DNA from: Candidatus Latescibacterota bacterium | Lineage (GTDB): Bacteria; Latescibacterota; UBA2968 | DNA length: 64,000 bases | Direction: 5' to 3' | Assembly (NCBI GenBank): GCA_965204745.1 | Contig: OZ242010.1 | Span: 3,328,001 to 3,392,000, forward strand | Notes under the pieces: model-generated | What the model saw: only the letters and a program-made list of their open reading frames with translations | Told to the model about the DNA's origin: nothing | Database searches by the model: none | Program-made: the position numbers and the translations under genes | Part shown: piece after piece, positions 59,857 through 64,000 of the stretch | Layout: each line of letters starts with the position of its first letter | Position numbering within the stretch: the first letter of the stretch is position 1

Positions 59857-61062
59857 TTAGCCGATCTTTGGGATACCACCGAGCACCCCTGCTCGATACT
59901 TGGGAGAGAGACGGACATCGCGGCGGAGACCGCGCACATCTTGGACGCCGTACACATGGGTCGCACCATCTCGATCCTTCTCGACGATGAAGATCTCCTC
60001 TTTTTCGAGATCATCGATCAGGCCGACGTTGTGAGAAGAAACAAAAAGCTGTGCATCGGAAGGATTGCTCTCTCGGGATAGGAACCAGCCGAGAATTTCG
60101 CCGGCGATATCCACATGCAGATCGCCATCGATCTCGTCGAGAACAATGGGAACGCCATCGCGGAGTGCGAGACGTATTTGGGGCAACAGATGAAACAGAC
60201 GTTTTGTTCCACTGGATTCCAAGTGCAGGGGAATCGGTGCGTCGAGACCGCGATGGTTAAATAACACCTCTCGCTTCCCAGATTGGTCAGAAATATCGAT
60301 GTCTTGAATCCCCAAGTCACTGGCTCGGATCTGCTCCGCAATCCATGCACTCACCTCGGGATCACCACCGAATAGGTCCATCACCTTTTGGGTCGGAAGT
60401 GCCCATCTTTCTCGAAAAATGACGTTGGCATTCGAAAAGACCGCTTTCATCCACTTGGCGATACGCATCGCCAAGGGCACATTGAGCAAGGCGAGTGTCG
60501 CAATCACCGAGGCGTCTGCCCGAACCGCCTTGAGGCGGTCATCCTTGGGCTTAAGACCAAATTCGCCGGAAACGTATATAGGCTCTCCCGGCTCGCCGCG
60601 CTCGAAAAGGCGACGAGGCCGGCCCTTTGGGAAATGGGACAGTGCTTCGTACAAAAAGAAGGGATCCGCAAAATCAACGCCACGGCGTCCCACCGTCAAC
60701 TCATAGCGGAACAACTGCCGGACTCCGTCCATACAATCCGCTTCAAACTCCAGGCAAACCCGCGTCGGTTTGCCTTTGGTTTGTAAAGAAAAAAAGGGGC
60801 AAAAGACCGCGAGCGGGTTGCCCTCCACAGTGGGCAATGCGTGTGCGGCGATGTAGGTGGTAGCCCCCAGCGCACTGAGTAGCGTCGATTTGCCCGATCC
60901 GTTGGGGCCTATGAGTAAGACGACTGAGGGAAGCCGGATATCCGGCGTCGCTCTACTGCGGCGAAACTCCGGCCGGTTGGGGGCAGTTCCCGGAATACGC
61001 AGATCGAGAACGACTTCGTCGTGAACCGAGTAGAAATTGGATATGGAAAATGTGTGAATCAT
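59857..61062 (-). CDS. AAA_21 (RloA/AbiEii-like) ATPase
   Basis: SNFYSV, GPNGSGKST, ESSGTKRLF, VLDEID..LH, AQLFVSSHN, YRAGVLGGIP. Confidence 0.88.
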   Translation of the reverse strand: MIHTFSISNFYSVHDEVVLDLRIPGTAPNRPEFRRSRATPDIRLPSVVLLIGPNGSGKSTLLSALGATTYIAAHALPTVEGNPLAVFCPFFSLQTKGKPTRVCLEFEADCMDGVRQLFRYELTVGRRGVDFADPFFLYEALSHFPKGRPRRLFERGEPGEPIYVSGEFGLKPKDDRLKAVRADASVIATLALLNVPLAMRIAKWMKAVFSNANVIFRERWALPTQKVMDLFGGDPEVSAWIAEQIRASDLGIQDIDISDQSGKREVLFNHRGLDAPIPLHLESSGTKRLFHLLPQIRLALRDGVPIVLDEIDGDLHVDIAGEILGWFLSRESNPSDAQLFVSSHNVGLIDDLEKEEIFIVEKDRDGATHVYGVQDVRGLRRDVRLSPKYRAGVLGGIPKIG

Positions 61063-61099
61063 GTGAAGCCCAAATCGATGCGTATGGGGTTAGAGGGTC

Positions 61100-62665
61100 T
61101 CATTTCCCGCGCATGACCGCCACGGGCAAAATGCACTCTTCGAGGGAAATCCCCCCGTGTTGAAAACTGTTGGCGTATTTGGCCTGGTACTCGTTGAAAT
61201 TGGTGGGGTACACAAAATAGTAATCCTCGCGGCAGAGAATGTAATTCGTGCCTTGCCCCAAACTCGGCAGGCCAAACGCTTCGGGGTCGCGGATGTGCAT
61301 GGCGTGCCGTCTGTCGCAACGCAAGTTTTTGCCGTACTTGAAGCGAATTCCCGTCGAAGTCTCTCGGTTGCCATACGCCAGAGACGCCCGGTTGCTGAGC
61401 ACGCATCCGTGATCCGTCGTCAGCACCACAGTCGAATCCGTCTCGGCCAGTTTTCGCAACATCGCAAAAAGCGAGGAATGCGAGAACCACGACCGGGTCA
61501 AAGACCGATACGCCGGCTCATTGGGCGCCATCTCTTGCAACAACTCGGATTCGGAACGCCCGTGCGTGAGCATATCCAAAAAATTGACCACCACCGCCAT
61601 CAGGGGAAATGACCGATACGAATGCACCTTTTTCGCCAGTCGGTTGCCCTCGGCGATATCCAGCACTTTCACGTAGCGCGTATCCAAGTTCAGCGCGGGA
61701 TCGATCTCGTCGAGTTGCTGGTCGAGCAACTGGTGCTCGTGCCGATTGCGGCTCAGGTCGTCCTGCTGGCCGCGCCACTCGTCCGGATACAATGCCGCGA
61801 GGTCGATGGGAAACAGACCGCTGAAAATGGCATTGCGGGAATAGGGCGTCGCCGTGGGCAAAATCGAATAGTAGTGGTGCTGCTCAATGTCGAAAATATC
61901 GGACAACAACGGCAAAATGGCGAGCCAGTGATCCAGGCGCATGCAATCGACCACCACAAAAAACACCTGCTGCCCGGCTCGCACGCACGGCGCGACAAAC
62001 TCCGAAACGATATCCACAGAGAGCAGGGGCGAATCCTCTTCGTCGTGAATCCAATGCCCGTAATTGCCCTCGACAAACTTCCCAAACGCCAAGTTGCACG
62101 CGCGGCGCAAATCGTCGTGCATGGTTCGCAACCCCGGGTCGTAAAACCGATCCAATTCCAAATCCCACTCGGACAAGCGCACGTGCAAATCGATCCAATC
62201 CCCCCATGAATCCGCCTGCACAAGGGCATCGCGCAACCGGTTGGACGTCGCGGCATAGTCCAAGCCCATGCGGTCTTTTTGAATTTGCCGCGTGTCGAGC
62301 AATTTCTTGCACGCCAGCAAAATTTGGCTCGGGTTCACGGGCTTGGTCAAATAATCGTCGATCCGTTGCCCAATGGCCTGCTCCATCAGCCGCTCTTCTT
62401 CGTTCTTCGTAATCATGATCACCGGGATATGCGGGTTGATATCCTTAATCGCAGCCAGCGTTGACAGCCCATCTCGCCCGGGCATCATCTCGTCGAGCAA
62501 CACCGCGTCAAATCCGCGCTTCTGGATCATGGCAATGGCATCGTCGCCATTGGTCACAGGCGTGACATCATAGCCCCGGTCCTTGAGAAAAATCTGATGC
62601 GGGCGCAACAAATCGATCTCGTCGTCCGCCCACAGGATTTGCTTGGGTTCTTGCGTTGGGTTCAC
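61100..62665 (-). CDS. porX: Response regulator with PglZ/alkaline-phosphatase domain (PorX-like)
   Basis: ILWADDEIDLL, LLDEMMPG, SILPTATPYSRNAIFSG, TTDHG, SFQHGGISLEE. Confidence 0.9.
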   Translation of the reverse strand: MNPTQEPKQILWADDEIDLLRPHQIFLKDRGYDVTPVTNGDDAIAMIQKRGFDAVLLDEMMPGRDGLSTLAAIKDINPHIPVIMITKNEEERLMEQAIGQRIDDYLTKPVNPSQILLACKKLLDTRQIQKDRMGLDYAATSNRLRDALVQADSWGDWIDLHVRLSEWDLELDRFYDPGLRTMHDDLRRACNLAFGKFVEGNYGHWIHDEEDSPLLSVDIVSEFVAPCVRAGQQVFFVVVDCMRLDHWLAILPLLSDIFDIEQHHYYSILPTATPYSRNAIFSGLFPIDLAALYPDEWRGQQDDLSRNRHEHQLLDQQLDEIDPALNLDTRYVKVLDIAEGNRLAKKVHSYRSFPLMAVVVNFLDMLTHGRSESELLQEMAPNEPAYRSLTRSWFSHSSLFAMLRKLAETDSTVVLTTDHGCVLSNRASLAYGNRETSTGIRFKYGKNLRCDRRHAMHIRDPEAFGLPSLGQGTNYILCREDYYFVYPTNFNEYQAKYANSFQHGGISLEECILPVAVMRGK

Positions 62666-62674
62666 AGTTACCTC

Positions 62675-63991
62675 TCATGTGGTTTTTGGCGATGGAGACA
62701 GGGGCAATGCGATGGCAAATGTCGTGCCCTTGCCGGGCGCGTTTTCCCGGATCTGGATTTTCCCATTGTGGTATTCTTCGACAATGCGCTTCACAAATGA
62801 CAGCCCAAGCCCCCACCCGCGCTTTTTCGTGCTGACTCCGGGCAAAAAAATCTGATTGACCAAGTGCGGCGGGATACCCTTGCCCGTGTCGCGCACGTCG
62901 ATCACCACCCGATGGGCTTTGGCATCCACGCGAGACCACACATCCACGCGCCCGCCCTGCCCATCCATGGCATCAGCGGCATTTTTGAAGAGATTTTCAA
63001 ACGCCCATCCCAACAGTTCCCGGTTGAGCGGAATGGCCGGCAAATCGTCCAACGCCGCCGCAATTTGCACATTGTCGGGCAAGCGCGCCCGCAAATACTC
63101 CGCAGTCTCATCCACCACCTCGCGCACATTGCCCAACCGCAATTCCGGCGTCGAACCGATCAGGCTAAATCGGGACGCAATTTTGTTCAACCGACTCGTG
63201 TCCCGCTCCATTTCGCCCAAAATGTTTTTCAATCTCTCTCCACTCGCCACATCGCCCAGCGCGTCCGCCTCGTCCTTCAACACGGCCAACCAGCCATACA
63301 GCGACGACAAGGGCGTGCCCAACTGATGGGCCGTCTCGCGCGCCATGCCCACCCAAATCGACCGCTGCTCTCGGTTTTTCATGTACCGAAATCCCAAGTA
63401 CCCGCCACCGGTGAAAACGAGCGTCACCCCCAACGCCACAAAGGGCAGCCAGTTCAACCGCCTCTCCAGCGCGGACGCGCCCCAGTGCAACTGCCAAATC
63501 ACCGGCCTCCCCCTCACCGGTTCGCCATCCGGCCCCGTCTCCGCGCCAGGAAACTCAAAGCGCAACGGCTCATTTTCCAAATCGAGCGCGTGCGCGATAT
63601 CCATCACCTTGCCCAGGGTTTCCGGCGAGTGGTCGTCAAACGGAATGCCTATCGCCTTCCAGTATTTCGGCACGCCCTGTTCATTGGTAATCACCGCCGG
63701 GAAATTGGGATTTTCAATGGTATCAAAAATGACCTCCACGTAAAATCCCTCTTTGAGCTCAATTTTGTCCAACGTCGTCACGCTGTGCATAAAAGCGTAA
63801 ATCGAACCCATGCGCTTGGCTTCCCGCCGCATGGGTTGCACCACGTAAAGCTGCGTGTACACGAGAAATGCCGTGACGAGAATGACCCCCACCAAAAAAA
63901 AATACGCCATCAAAAACCGCTGGCTCGACAAGCGCGAATACCACGTCTTGAGCGCGTCTCCAATCCCACTTTCACTTTTTTTAGAACGCAT
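62675..63991 (-). CDS. Membrane sensor histidine kinase (PorY-like partner)
   Basis: Two transmembrane segments; WVGMARETAHQLGTPLSSL, ENLFKNA, DTGKG, GWGLGL. Confidence 0.92.
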   Translation of the reverse strand: MRSKKSESGIGDALKTWYSRLSSQRFLMAYFFLVGVILVTAFLVYTQLYVVQPMRREAKRMGSIYAFMHSVTTLDKIELKEGFYVEVIFDTIENPNFPAVITNEQGVPKYWKAIGIPFDDHSPETLGKVMDIAHALDLENEPLRFEFPGAETGPDGEPVRGRPVIWQLHWGASALERRLNWLPFVALGVTLVFTGGGYLGFRYMKNREQRSIWVGMARETAHQLGTPLSSLYGWLAVLKDEADALGDVASGERLKNILGEMERDTSRLNKIASRFSLIGSTPELRLGNVREVVDETAEYLRARLPDNVQIAAALDDLPAIPLNRELLGWAFENLFKNAADAMDGQGGRVDVWSRVDAKAHRVVIDVRDTGKGIPPHLVNQIFLPGVSTKKRGWGLGLSFVKRIVEEYHNGKIQIRENAPGKGTTFAIALPLSPSPKTT

Positions 63992-64000
63992 TGCTTCTCC

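Overview
Bacterial window of about 60% GC (by eye). PorV, a PorX/PorY-like two-component pair, a T9SS-type sorting domain, DUF6785 and dockerin/EF-hand-tailed proteins suggest an FCB-group organism, possibly Latescibacterota/Gemmatimonadota-like (inference). Bases 1-11 kb are a lower-GC defence hotspot behind the 3' end of a DNA methyltransferase. It holds an E2-only CBASS (CD-NTase, E2, patatin), an HTH-ImmA peptidase plus PIN pair and higB'/higA, all bracketed by a 160-bp direct repeat of the MTase 3' end. A 1082-aa Schlafen/AlbA_2 protein ending in a VapB-like tail and a vapC follow. At 13.1-14.4 kb is an intact IS110 whose bridge-RNA guides can be read directly: they match its own donor junction and a host heptamer-repeat target. 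The rest comprises housekeeping and catabolic genes (nagA, trpE-G-D, CIRCE-groESL, heparinase-like lyases, sulfatase), an internally deleted TnpB element, a 2967-aa repeat surface protein behind a C22 tract, and many intergenic repeats. The trp operon has an aromatic-rich attenuator leader and an inserted ATPase/TOPRIM pair. All family calls come from motif recognition by eye; no searches were run.
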